From the NCBI GenBank assembly GCA_013239625.1, contig MU053881.1, positions 14,188,373 to 14,252,372 on the forward strand: a stretch of 64,000 nt of DNA. The letters are read 5' to 3'. The translations under genes and the position numbers were made by a program. Numbering within the stretch: position 1 is the first letter of the stretch; each line of letters begins with the position of its first letter. The stretch comes from Lama guanicoe (Eukaryota). Shown here one piece after another: positions 1-11,787 of this stretch. The notes under the pieces were generated by a model that worked only from the letters and a program-made list of their open reading frames with translations, had not been told where the DNA came from and did not search any database.

Positions 1-769
1 ATTGTAGATAGTGCTCAAAAAGACAAAGCACAAAGACTGTGCTTAAGGTACCAGGAAACCAGTAGCACTGAAAAATGAGAAAATAATCTTTGAAGGGATC
101 TTTATAGTGCATAAAAGCAGCCTTACAATAGTATCATGGGGAAAATCAGAGCTTTGTTGAACTTCCTTATACTTATCTTACTGTTAAGAATTGTGTTTTT
201 AATTTTGCATTATACGGAGGGATGGGCAAGGTACACAAGATCTTTTCCCTACTTTTGGCTTCTAAAGATCTCAGTCCAGCCCTGGTAAAGAAGGGTTCTG
301 AAGCTTTTTCCAAGCTCAGATTTACAAAGTGCTGCCACTGTGTAGTGATGTCTGTGACATGTCAGATAAAGGAAGTGGTGATCACATCCATCCTGCCCCA
401 TAACCACGAACCCAGGCTCAAGAATTCTTTTTATCTGACAGATGAAAGTACTGGAATTTCAAGAAAAGAAGACAAATTTCTTCTAAGAGAAACATATTAT
501 GTAGGACTTCAAAAAAGGGGACTTAGAGCAACGCAATTAAATATTTTTCACACTAGATTTGTAGGAAGCCAAAAAATATTTTTTGTAAGCCTAACTCAGC
601 AAACCCAGTATGGTACAGGCCTTAGCAATGAAGTTTGAGTCTGTCGCGATCTTGGGGGCAAACTTGCTCTAGGGACTGAAGCAGATGACACAGAAGGGAG
701 CAGATAAGCATGTTCAAGATTTAGTGAACAGCTGGTCATCCAGGACTAACCTGACCCCGTGGAAAACTC

Positions 770-900
770 CATAGGTAATGACAAAGATGCAGATTTCCGG
801 TCCCCTGATTCAGCAGGTCTGCAACTGGACCTGGAGATGTCTAGTATTTGTTTAAGTTCCCAGGTGATTCTGATGCAAACAGATGTTTAGCAACAATACC
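770..900. mobile_element. hAT-Charlie MER5-like fossil
   Basis: gatgcagatt...tgattcagcaggtctg...ttcccaggtgattctgatgca resembles the MER5A core (from memory); edges approximate. Confidence 0.55.
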
Positions 901-1144
901 TAAAACCACCTGCCTTCCTTAAACAATACCCTCTCTCAGACAGACTTTTGATGATCAGATTGAGAGAGCAGATAATTTAAGGATGCGTGAAGTGATCACC
1001 TTCCGGGACAACCTGGGAGAGCTCCTCCCTGTCTCTGGGGTGGGCTGTCAGGGAATCCCTCCTCTAAAGACTCCAGAATATTAGGAATGAGGATGTCTTT
1101 AGCATCTGTACGTGACTTCACGGGGCACGATGACTGTTTGACAG

Positions 1145-1254
1145 CAGCTGACACTGACATGGAAAGGAAGGTGAGGAAAATCCGAGCCCGGACCCAGAAG
1201 CACCTGGACTTGTATGCGAGAGATGGCCTTCGAACACTGTGCGTCGCCAAGAAG
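1145..1254 (+). CDS. ATP10B: ATP10B coding exon ([37 protein letters not shown]), N-domain
   Basis: Acceptor tgtttgacag|CA (tandem AG also allows start at 1148); donor AAG|GTAAGA; 110 bp, phase 1 to 0; DGLRTL motif. Confidence 0.92.
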
Positions 1255-1974
1255 GTAAGAACAGATCCCTTGTTTAGTAGATGAAAGGCGTCAACCCTGC
1301 TTCTGTCTTTTCTATGTCTTTTTAGAAGATCATTAATGTTGGTGGTTCTCATATTTTTCAAAATCAACTATCCTGACCACAAAGACCCACAACCTGGACA
1401 ATTTTGCTGGGGCAGAAATCTGACTTGCTTTTCATTGGCTATATAATTGGTCACCTGCAACTCATAAAATAACCTTTGAACATTATAAATTTGCTTTCAA
1501 GGTATCTTTTTAAAGTTTGCATTATTTGCCTAGATTTGGAACTTGGGAGATTTAGCAGGATCACATACAAATCTAGATTTCTGGTTTCTCTTGAAAATAT
1601 AGAGGATCTGGAAAACTGGATCTCCATTCCTGAACAGCCACAAATTGCTGGAGCTCCATGGTAGCCAATCCCTTTGAGGGATGTATTGTGCTGTGTTCTG
1701 CAGTTGGTCACAGTCCCTACCATTCCCTATTGCATCGCCCTTGGCCCAGCTACAGGCATGTAGATGGCCCAGCTCACACCCTATAGGTCTTTCATTCTGC
1801 AGCTTCTACAGAAAAGCAGGCAAAGAGCTATGAATCCCAGAGCCAGGGCATCTAATGGGGGTACCTAAAATCAGGTAGGGGAGCTCTGAGGGGCACGCAT
1901 TTCTAGATGGCTAGAAGTGGTTGCTCTTCCATAAATCGCCAGAGTGCTTCGTCTCTTATATAGTGCTTGGTGCA

Positions 1975-2200
1975 ACAGAGTTTAAGAGCACCCACTTGAA
2001 AGCCAGACCTACCAAGGTGTAAGTCCCAATCTCACCACAGATCTTTGGTGTGGCCGTGGACAAGTCTCCTCTCTGAGCATTGGATGTTCTTATCTGTAAA
2101 ATGGCGCTGGTGTCCCCTACCTTGTACAGTTGTCATGGAGATTAAGATAATACGGGTACGGTGCCTGGGACCACGACCAGTGCTTACTACTCTGTAAATT
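1975..2200 (+). mobile_element. MIR SINE
   Basis: tttaagagcac...gccagacc...gtggacaagt...ctctctgag...tatctgtaaaatgg...gattaagataat resembles the MIR core. Confidence 0.65.
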
Positions 2201-2910
2201 GTAAATATATCCTTACCACCTTCTATTTTTCATTGAAATTATCTTTTCCCATTTTTGCCTCCTCTAATGAGTGTTATTCCTCAAGAGCGAAGGGGGCCTG
2301 CCTCCCCTTGGTTTTCCCTGCAGTGCCATGCACGGAGGAAAATTTACAGAATATTTGATGTTTGGGCAAAAGAATTATTCATTACTATAAGAGACAGTGT
2401 TCACGTAATGCCAACGGAGGGGTCTAAAAGTGCTACCAACTCCAGGGGAGGGAGATTTGCCCTCTAGTTGGATGCTTTCAGCCTCTGGGCACCTCCACTG
2501 GTGGTGGAATAGGCTCTGCAAGGCCCGGCTGCCGGCTGCCCTTCCCACCTCACTGCCGGCCCCTGTCTGCCTGGCTCTCCATCCTTTATCCAGCTGCGGT
2601 GTTGAAGGATCAGAAATAAAGCCAAGTCCATTGCTGTCTCATGGCCTTAGAACTGGCCCCTCCCCATGACTGAACTCTTCTTGTCATTGTATCTCAAATT
2701 GCATGTCACTTTGTCTAAGGGACCCAAAGATCCAAATAAAATAGTCTCCCTTCCCACAGTTATCTCCCCCACCTAGTCACACCCCATAATCATATCACCC
2801 TCTTTACCATCTGTATAGAGCCCCTTGAAATGATCTGTTCTTTTATTTACTTGGATAAGGTCTCTCGCCTTCCACTAGCACATAAGCCCAGGCATGCAGG
2901 GCTCTTGTCT

Positions 2911-3375
2911 TTTTTTTAATTATTTTTCAGTTTTATTAGATAAAATGGATACAATTAGAGTGCACATATACAATATATTGTATGTAAAAACATACATGCA
3001 ATATACTGCACATATTAATTTACGTATATGAGCTCTTCACTGTTTCTAAGAACAGTTTAGAGCTCTAGCTTTTTAAACGTACATAGTTATCAAAGGAATA
3101 AAGCCAACCACAAAATAAGAATCAACTGAATGCAGTAATCCAATCGTAAATGACAGTCAAATATGCTTACACATATTCAAGAAATCAGTCATCTAAGTTA
3201 TAAATAATAAGTGGTTCATTTGTGTCCTTTTTTTTTAGATTCCACATCTGAGTGATATCATATGGCATTTTTCTTTCTCTTTCTGGCTTACTTCACTTAG
3301 AGTGATGATCTCCAGGTCCATCCATGTTGCTGCAAATGGCATTATTTTATTCTTTTTTATGGCTGAGTAGTATTC

Positions 3376-3409
<34 letters not shown>

Positions 3410-3612
3410 AAGTGTGTACACATCTTTATTCAGTCATCTGTTGATGGACATTTAGGTTGCTTCCATGTCTTGGCTGTTGTAAATAGTGCTGCTGTGAAAA
3501 TTGGGGTGCATGTGTCTTTTTGAAGTATATTTTTCTCTGGGTATGTACCCAGGAGTGTGGATGCTGGATCATACGATAGTCTATTTTTAGTTTTTTAAGG
3601 AACCTCCATACA
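2911..3612 (-). mobile_element. 5'-truncated L1 with non-standard 3' tail, inserted into an L2 remnant
   Basis: ORF2 C-terminal peptide EYYSAIKKNKIMPFAATWMDLE on the minus strand; exact 10-bp TSD gctcttgtct at 2901-2910 and 3613-3622; T-tract at the left end. Confidence 0.88.
3379..3406. repeat. (TG)14 microsatellite inside L1
   Basis: Perfect TG dinucleotide run. Confidence 0.95.
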
Positions 3613-3869
3613 GCTCTTGTCTGTCTTGATCACTGCTGTATCTCTACTGCCCAGAGCATCACAGAGGCTCAACAGAAGTTTGGTGATAATGGAACATGAG
3701 GATCAATCCTTTATTGATTCAAGCATTCAAAAAATAAAAAAAAAAATCATTGAGGGGAAAGCCCCATCTAATTATGTAGTGATGTTTAGCTGGCCAGTAG
3801 GAGGCCCAGCACACAGGAAGGAGGAGGGATTCACCCAGAATTGTAAAGGAGTCTGTTCCCGTCCCGCAG

Positions 3870-3996
3870 GTCCTGAGTGAAGAAGACTTCCAGCGATGGG
3901 CCAGCTTCCGGCATGAGGCCGAGGTGTCCCTCAGCAACAGAGACGAGCTTCTCATGGAGACAGCAGAGCGTCTGGAGAATCAGCTCACCTTACTCG
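3870..3996 (+). CDS. ATP10B: ATP10B coding exon ([43 protein letters not shown])
   Basis: Acceptor cccgcag|GTC; donor TCG|GTAGCT; 127 bp, phase 0 to 1. Translated by hand; not shown in this frame in the ORF track. Confidence 0.93.
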
Positions 3997-4231
3997 GTAG
4001 CTAAAAATAAATTAACGTTATTTTTTTTTTAAAAAAGGAATGTTGCAAACTGGAAAGGGAGTTCTTGGCCTTGATTTTGACAGTTGCTACAAATGTGTCT
4101 CAATTAGAAGCCTCCTCGGGGTGCCCTTCCTGGCACTTGGCACCAATGGGCTGTGCCAGTATCCAGCCCACACTCAGCATCCTGAGGATGTCCGAGAAGC
4201 ATTCCTGCACCCCCTGCTGGGGGAGGCCTCC

Positions 4232-4760
4232 AGTCATTCAAATGTTGATTGGGCCCCTACTGTGTGCCAAATCAGAGCAAGGAAACCTGGATGATTAAGC
4301 AAGCAACCTCAACAGCTGTGATGAGGGCTGGGCTGGAAGATGTTCCTGGTGGGGTGGAAACACAAAGTTGAAGGGGCCAACCAAGCTCGGGGCCAAGGAG
4401 GGTGCAGGACGGTGGGAAGTGAGCGGAGAAAGGACACTGGTCAAAGAGGGAGGATGTTCCAGGCAGAGGGAAGGGCCCAAATGAAGGCATGGAGACAAGA
4501 AAGTCTGGCTGGAAACTCAGAGGTCCGCTATGACTAGACCACGGGATGTGGGGCGGATACGGGAAGTGAGGAGGTCAGCAGGGCCCAGGTTGTGAAGGGC
4601 CATGTGAAGTGTACGCTGAAGGTCTGGAGAGGAGAAAGGAGTGAAGGTAGGCTCAGACCTGTGTTTTACAAAAGTTACTCTGCTGCTGGATAGACGTTCG
4701 ATGGATACGCTGGGGGAGAGACAGGGAGCCCGGGGACCAGTGAAGAGACGGGGTTGGATT
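4232..4760 (-). mobile_element. L2 fragment
   Basis: cattcaaatgttgattgggcccctactgtgtgcca (L2 3' end, reverse) followed by purine-rich L2-like body; edges approximate. Confidence 0.55.
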
Positions 4761-5250
4761 TCCGCTGAAGGGAAAGCATTGCCAAGGGAGTAGGGGGAGG
4801 CTTATTCACCAGGATTAATGTCACAGCTCATGAGCAGGATCTAGGAAAGGCAATGTGCCTGAACAGCCACAGGCACCGGCCATGTGGGGAAGCCTTCTCT
4901 CATCTTGGAGGCAGTGCTGACCAGGGGACGAGGGCCAAACCCTGGCGCTGTCGAGACCCGGCTGTCTGCCCAGGGATGCATCCCTGTGCCCCGGCGAGCC
5001 TTCACTCATCCTCTGGATAAATCACACTCTGCTAAGCTCTCAGCCAGGAGGGGTGCAAGGCGGGAAGACCCAGGCTGGCTGTAAGGAGGTGGTAACACTT
5101 CTTGACATATCAAGATTTGGTGGGATGGGTGACAAGCAGGGGGAGACAGTTTTGCTCCTCACGTGCTTTTGTTCCCTGTGTCTTGGCTATAGGAGCCTTT
5201 GTCTGCTGTCTCACAAGGCCGCCTTGAAAGCTGGCCTCAAGAACTCATTT

Positions 5251-5753
5251 ATTTATTTATTTTTATTGACGCATAGTCAGTCACAATGTGTCCATTTCCG
5301 GTGTGTGGCTCAATGTTTCAGTCGTACATATACACGCATACATTCCTTTTCATATTCTTTTTTCATTATAGACTACTACAAGATATTGAATATAGTTCCT
5401 TGTGCTATACAGAAGAAATTTATTTTTTTATCTATTTTATATATAGTAGTTAATATTTGCAAATCTCGACCTTTCAGTTTATCCTTTCCCACCTGTTTCC
5501 CCCCAGTAACCATAAGATTGTTTACTATGTCTGTGAGTCTGTTTCTGTTTTGTAGCTGAGTTCATTAGTGTCTTCTTTTTTTCTTTTTTTTTAGATTCCA
5601 CATATGAGTGATACCATGTGATATTTTTCTTTTCTCTTTCTGGCTTACTTCACTTAGAATGACAATCTCCAGGTCCATCCATGTTGCTACAATTGGCATT
5701 ATTTTATTTTTTTATGGCTGAGTGGTATTCCATTGTATAAATTTACCATAGCT
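5251..5753 (-). mobile_element. L1 3' end (young, standard 3' UTR)
   Basis: L1 3' UTR and ORF2 end on the minus strand; exact 14-bp TSD tcaagaactcattt at 5237-5250 and 5754-5767. Confidence 0.9.
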
Positions 5754-5939
5754 TCAAGAACTCATTTTTTGGGGCCAGCCAGGCAGCTGCATCCTCCACT
5801 CCAGGCCACCAGAATGGCACCCCATTTGAGCACCTGACCCCCTCGGTGCCCCTGAGGTTTCTTTTGCTTCTGGGGAGCCTTTTGGTCTCTGCTGGTGAGG
5901 CACACTCCTGAGCTGGTTCTGTGTGAAAGAGAACAAACT

Positions 5940-6158
5940 GATACATATGACTGTATGTAAAGTAGATAAACAACAAGGACCTGCTGGATGGCCCAGGGAC
6001 TATATTCAATTTCTTGTAATGGGCTATAATGGAAAAAAATCGAAAAATATATATATATGTTTATATATAACTGAATCACTTTGCTGTATGCCTGAAACTA
6101 ATATTATAAACTGACTACACTTCAAAAAATAAGTAAGAATTTAAAAAAAAAAAAAAAA
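5940..6158 (+). mobile_element. Short L1 3' end with poly(A)
   Basis: tagataaacaacaaggacct...actgaatcactttgctgta...actacacttcaa, A-tail at 6143-6158; degenerate TSD agaaca(a/c)act. Confidence 0.8.
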
Positions 6159-6849
6159 GAACACACTTTTCAGGACCTGTCAGCTTCCCTGGCTGAGAAA
6201 GGCTCTCACCACCTTCCTGTTTCATTTTCTCTTTCACACAAATAAATGCATTTACCCCTCTCTCCTCCACTCTGCCGCCCTGTAATGCACATCAGCTTCA
6301 GTCTCAGCTTCCAGGCTAACACTTGGAGGGAAAGGTGAGGCTCGGCCCCGCTTTCTATGGGCTAGTTTGCCTGCGCACTGGGCCTGACATACAAAGTAGG
6401 CACATTTCAGGATGGAGAGGTTTCTTTTTCTTCTCTTAAGGTGGTTTGGGAAGGAGAGGACTGGGGCTGGGAAGATGTCATCTCACCACCAGGAAACTGC
6501 CGTGCCATCAAAAAGCTGCCGTGCATTCACACCAAGGTTCCACAGTATGAAATGATCTCTTCAAGATGCCATCCAGCATAACTGCTTTGACCACCCATTG
6601 TCGCTCAGGACTGTGGAAAGAATTGGCATGGCCTCCTGCCCACAGTGACACAGGCAGCCATCAGTCTGTAGTTCGAAATGAATCTCAATGTCAATGCAGA
6701 TTTATTTTTGCTTAATCACTTGGCACCTATTTGACATTTGGGTAGATAATCATCCAGGTTGGCTCAAAGCCTGACACCTTTTGAAAAATTATGGAATCTG
6801 CATCTTTAATTCCCTCAAGAATAATATTAAAAACCCGAGTCACTGTTCT

Positions 6850-7680
6850 GCGGCGAGCACTTGCCAAGCAAAGATTTCCGTCTCTCCACTCCTGCTGCCG
6901 CTCCGCTGGTCCAGCCCCCATCCGCTCTCCTCTGGACCACCAGCCCTCAGTCTCATCCTGCTTCCTCCACCCTCCAATCCGTTCTCCAAAATGATCTTCT
7001 TAAAACTCAAAGCTGATTCCATCACTCTCAGCTTCTTTGCCATCAAACACACAGGAGGGAAATCCCTTGATGCCCGGACAGGCTCTACACGACCCAGCAC
7101 TTTCCCCCCTCTGCCTGGCCTCCCCTCTCCCCTGACTCTGCTTCCCTTTGTGTCGTCTTCTACTCTGCCCTCTGGGCCTTCACACATGCGGATCCCTCTG
7201 CCTGGAATTCTCCCCCTTCTGCACCACTTGGCTTTATCTTCCAGGTCTGAGCATAAATGGCACTTCCTCAGCAAGAGCCTTCCCCGACCTTCTAGGTGAA
7301 GTTCGAGTCTCCTGGTATACGTTTGCCCGGCACCCTGGGCTCCTCTCCTCACATAGCTCAGTTAAAACTCCTGAGTCGGGGGAGGGTATAGCTCAGCGGT
7401 AGAGTGTGTGCTTGGCATACATGAGGTCCTGGGTTCAATCCCCAGTACCTCCATTAAAATAAATAAATCAACCTAATTACCTCCCCCCAAAACATTAAAA
7501 AAACTAAATGAAAAGTTTAATAATAATAATAAAATAGTTGGACCAAAAAAAAGATACTGATTCAACAGACCTTTGAGCAGCGAGGGCATAGGGACCAGCT
7601 CCGTCTGTTTCACGGCTGTGTCCTGGGTGCTCAGCACAGCCTAGAACACGGGAGACAGTTAATAATCATTGCCTGGCTTG
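6850..7680 (+). mobile_element. L2 fragment interrupted by a SINE
   Basis: Pyrimidine-rich L2-like body; L2-like 3' end (gtctgtttcacggctgtgtcc...cagcacagcctagaacac) resumes after the SINE. Confidence 0.6.
7378..7552 (+). mobile_element. tRNA-Ala-derived camelid SINE (Vic-1 type), long form
   Basis: GGGGAGGGTATAGCTCAGCGGTAGAG (A box)...GGTTCAATCCCCAGTACCTCC (B box), then aaataaatcaacctaattacctcccccc and an A-rich tail; degenerate TSD (ctgagtc / ctgattc). Confidence 0.85.
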
Positions 7681-7756
7681 ATAGGGCTCTGGGGAAATTA
7701 TGCAGCTACTTTCTGAACCGAAATGTGAGCTCTGGTGTCTTTAATCGTCACTCCAG

Positions 7757-7941
7757 GAGCCACTGGGATCGAAGACCGGCTGCAGGAAGGCGTTCCTGAC
7801 ACAATCTCTGCTCTGCGGGAGGCTGGGATCCAGCTCTGGGTCTTGACTGGCGATAAGCAGGAGACAGCGGTCAACATCGCCTATTCCTGCAGACTGTTAG
7901 ACCAGATGGACACCGTGTACTCCATTAACACAGAAAGTCAG
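7757..7941 (+). CDS. ATP10B: ATP10B coding exon ([15 protein letters not shown]...[12 protein letters not shown]...INTESQ), P-domain
   Basis: Acceptor ctccag|GA; donor CAG|GTGAGG; 185 bp, phase 1 to 0; TGDK motif. Confidence 0.96.
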
Positions 7942-9813
7942 GTGAGGCCGAAGCGGGGCCCAGATGTCCGCGTGCAGGGCAGCCCCTAGGCCAGCAGGAG
8001 GTGGGCTCGTGGGTGGGATTTGGGTTTGCAGGGGAAGCACTCCTACCCCCGAATCTTGGAATTCAAAGGGCCCTGGAAGGTGTCCAGCCCAGTATCCTCT
8101 ACCTCATCCCTACACACGCTTGACCAATCTGTTCATATTATGTCCAGCAGTCCGTGTGAGAAAGGTGGGCCTCTCTCAAATCCCTTGGACCAATCTCCAC
8201 CGTCGACATATGAGCAACTGAGACCACCGGGCTAATCCCCTGCCCAGGGCCACCCTGGTGGTTTCTGGCAGGTAGACAAAGTCTAGAATGCTCTTCTTCT
8301 GACAGGCCAGCGCTCTTCGCAGTATGCCAGACAGAACCTTAACTGTTTGTTTCTTATACTTTGGACTAACTCATCCATTTAAAAAAAAAAACCCAATTAA
8401 ATAGAAATTATTCTGAGGTTAAAATTTCAGCTCCAATTTGTATGTCAGATTGGTTGCCACTGAGTAAAACCCAAAGGGAATGATACATGAAGCCGGTATG
8501 TTTTGATGGGAGAGAGCGAAAAATCTAAGCTGAGGTCAAAAACTGCAGCTTTCAACTTGAACAGGTTGTGAGTGACACCGGCGAGGTTTGCATGAAGTCT
8601 GAAGAAGTTATATTTAAAGTTGTAACACACTTTTCCATTTAGGAGGGAAGCATCGATCTTCACAGTGCAGACTGCAGGAAGTCAAGTTCCACTGTCTTCT
8701 TGGCTGACGGATATGGGAAGCGGGCATTGTGTGTTCCCACCAGGGGGCAGGGATTGGGGTAGACGTGGGCAGGTAGCAAGGGAAGCACTGGATTGCAGGG
8801 GTCGTGGGTGGAGGGCACCTGGAGACCTAGAACATACCCTGAGGAGAAGGATGGAGAGAGGGAGGAAGATGAGAAAGGGGAAAAACAGCCCAGAAAGAGA
8901 GGCAAGAAGGACGATGGCATTTCCCTCCTCCACTTTCGCCTGAGGCTGATCTGGACCCAGAACTGAAGTTTGTAAGGTTTCAATTTGGTTTTCATTCCAT
9001 GAAGAATCCACATGCACATTGAATGAAAAAGGTAATGCACACAGATGAAAAGTGCCAGAAGCCCTTTAGATGAATTGGGAAAATCATTTACTTTCTTGTC
9101 AGGTGCGCAGGCTATGCTGTGATTAGATTAAACCCCAGTGAATTTTCAAAACGGAAGTAATCTCGGGGAAATCTTGGCGTTAATATCATGCTTAGGAAAG
9201 AAAGTAATTTGCAGCTTGCTTGGGTGCTTGATCCCTGTAACAGTGTGGACGTCTGCCTGCCCCGCCTGCCATGGAAATTCCATTTGCAATGATCACTTTA
9301 CTCCAGCTGATCCCAGGGGGAGGACGTCTGCATGGCCGTGAGTCAGCCTGAGGTGGATGGAGTGGGCTTCTGGGGGTTTTGTTAAGTGCAGTGCATCCCT
9401 GTCGGAAGCTGAAGATGTTGGTTGATTAATTAGCCAAAGTTCCCAAAGAACAGTGGGCCACGTTCCATGTTGAGTTCGGTCACTGTCAACAATTTTAAAG
9501 CTGTCTGCAACCCTCCAGGATGGTTGCTGAGTGTTGGACCCTGCCCACACCCCTGGACCCACTAAACCTGAAAGATTAGTCTTTCTCATTCCCTTGAAAA
9601 AGTAGTGGGTGCACAGATGCATTAAGATAGAAACTGGGGAAATCCATTCTGAGTCTCAGATTTCTCTATACTCCAGTTTAATGTAATTGCATATTCGGTG
9701 GATATTTCTTCCAAGGGTTTTAATCTGCCTAATTCATTGTAAATTGATTTAGGGCTGCTGTTTCTTTGTTATGTATCTTAAAACTATAAGCAAGACCTTA
9801 GGGTTCTCATTCA

Positions 9814-11787
9814 TGTGTGTTCTGACTGCTCCGCCGACCAGTCTCCCCAACTCTGCTGAGGCCTCCCTATTTCCTGAGACCCAACAACACAGAAATTAGG
9901 CCAGCTAAACCCCTACAATTGCCTTATAAGCGTTCAAGCAAAAGGAAGAGCCACACGTCTCTCACTTTAAACCAAAAGCTAGAAATAATGATTAAGTTTA
10001 GTGAGGAAGGCACGTTAAAAGCTGAGACAGACCAAAAGCTGGGCCTCTTGTGCCAGTTAGCTAAGTGGTGAGTGCAGAGGAGAAGTTCTTGAAGGAAGTT
10101 ACAAGTGCTACTCCAGGGAGCACACGGATGGTGAGACAGAGAAGTAGCCTTATTGCTGATAGAAAGTGTGAGTGTTCTGGGTAGAAGAGCAAGCCAGCCA
10201 CAGGACTCCCTGACCCCAAAGCCTAACCCAGAGCAAGGCCCTCACTCTCTTCAATTCTGTGAAGACTCGGAGAGATGAGGAAGCTTCAGAAGAAAAGCTT
10301 AAAGCTAGCAGAGGTGGGTTCATGAGGTTTAAGTAAAGAAGCCGTCTCCATCTCACAGGATTGCAGGATGAAGCAGCAGATGCTGATACAGAAGCTGCAG
10401 CAAATTATCCGGACGATGGAGCTAAGGGACTTCACAAAGGTGGCTGTGCTACATAGCAGGTTTCAGTGGAGACGAAACAGCTTTATGGTCTTGGGGAAAT
10501 ATGCTGTCTAGGGCTTTCATAGCTAGAGAGGAGATGCCAATCCTGACTGTCTTGTTAGGGGCCAGTGCAGCTGATGACTCTAAGTTGAAGCCAGTGCGCA
10601 CTTACTGTTCCAAAAATTACAGAACTCTTAAGAATTACACTAGATCTGCTCCTCCTGTGCTCTATAAATGGAGTAACAAAGCCTGGATGACAGCATATCT
10701 AGATTTTTCTGAGACCTACTGCTCAGAACAAAAGATTCTTTTCAAAATATTACTGCTCATGGACAGTGCACCTCGTCACCCAAGAGCTCTGGCGGAGACA
10801 TGTCACAAGAGCAACATTGTTTCCATGCTGCTCACACAGCATCCATTCTGCAGCCCACGGATCAAGAAGTAATTCCAACTTTCAAGTCATTCGTTAAGAG
10901 ATATACTTCATAAGGCTCTAACTGCCGTACATAGTGCTTTCTCTGATGGATCTGGACAGGGTAAAGTGAAAACCTTCTATAGAAGGACTCACCATTCTAG
11001 GTGCCATTAAAAACATGATTCGTGGGAAGAGGTCAAAATATCAAGATTAACAGGAATTTGGAAAACAGCTGATTCAAACCCTCACGGATGACTTTAAGGG
11101 ATTCAAGTCTTCAGTGGAGGGAGTCACTGCAGATGTGGTGGCAACAGCAAGAGGACTGGAGTCAGAAGTGGAGCCTAAAGATGTGTCTGAATTGCTACAA
11201 TCTTCTGATAAAACTTTAATAGCTGAGTTGCTTCTTATGGTTGAGCAAAGAAAGTGGTTCTTGTAGATGGAATCTACTCTTGGTGAAGATGCTGTGAAGA
11301 TTGCTGAAATGACAACAAAGAATTTAGAATATTACATGAACTAAGTTGATACAGCAGTGGCAAAGTTTGAGAGGATTGACTCCAATTGTGAAAGGTATTC
11401 TACTGTGGGTAAAATGCTATTAAACAGCATCGCATGCTACAGAGAAACCGCTCATGAAAGAGTCCATCGATGTGGCAAACTTCAGCAACCACTACCGTGA
11501 TCAGGCAGCAGCCATCAAACACTGAGGCAAGACCCTCCACCAGAAAAAAGGTAACAACTTGCTGAAGGCTCAGATGACAGCACTTCTTAGCAATAAAATA
11601 TTAAAACTGATACATGGATGTTTTTTTCAGACATAATGTTACTGTACACTTAATAGACTACAGTGTAAACATAACTTTTACATGCCTTAGGAAACAAAAA
11701 AATTCGTGGCTCACTTTGTTGGCAACAGTCACTTTATTGTGGTGGTCTGGAACCAAACACATGTTGCATATCTCCGAGGTCTGCCTG
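9814..11787 (+). mobile_element. Tigger1 (TcMar-Tigger) DNA transposon fossil, left end missing, transposase disrupted
   Basis: ORF 10501..10872 (SRAFIAREE...LKPV...YKWSNKAWMT...FKILLLMDSAPRHP) resembles the Tigger1/TIGD1 DDE region; right TIR ...atatctccgaggtctgcctg followed by TA at 11788-11789; stops and deletions elsewhere. Confidence 0.9.

Noticed and set aside
222..638. 138-aa ORF at the window start
   Set aside because: Intronic, no similarity I recognise to ATP10B or any family, and no exon-like signals.
6781..7352. Overlapping 172-aa (+) and 170-aa (-) ORFs
   Set aside because: They lie in a pyrimidine-rich L2 remnant, have low-complexity composition and no recognisable domain or splice support.
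10501..10872. Domesticated TIGD1-like transposase gene
   Set aside because: Only a 123-aa stretch with internal deletions; the rest of the Tigger1 transposase has stops and frameshifts and no intact start.
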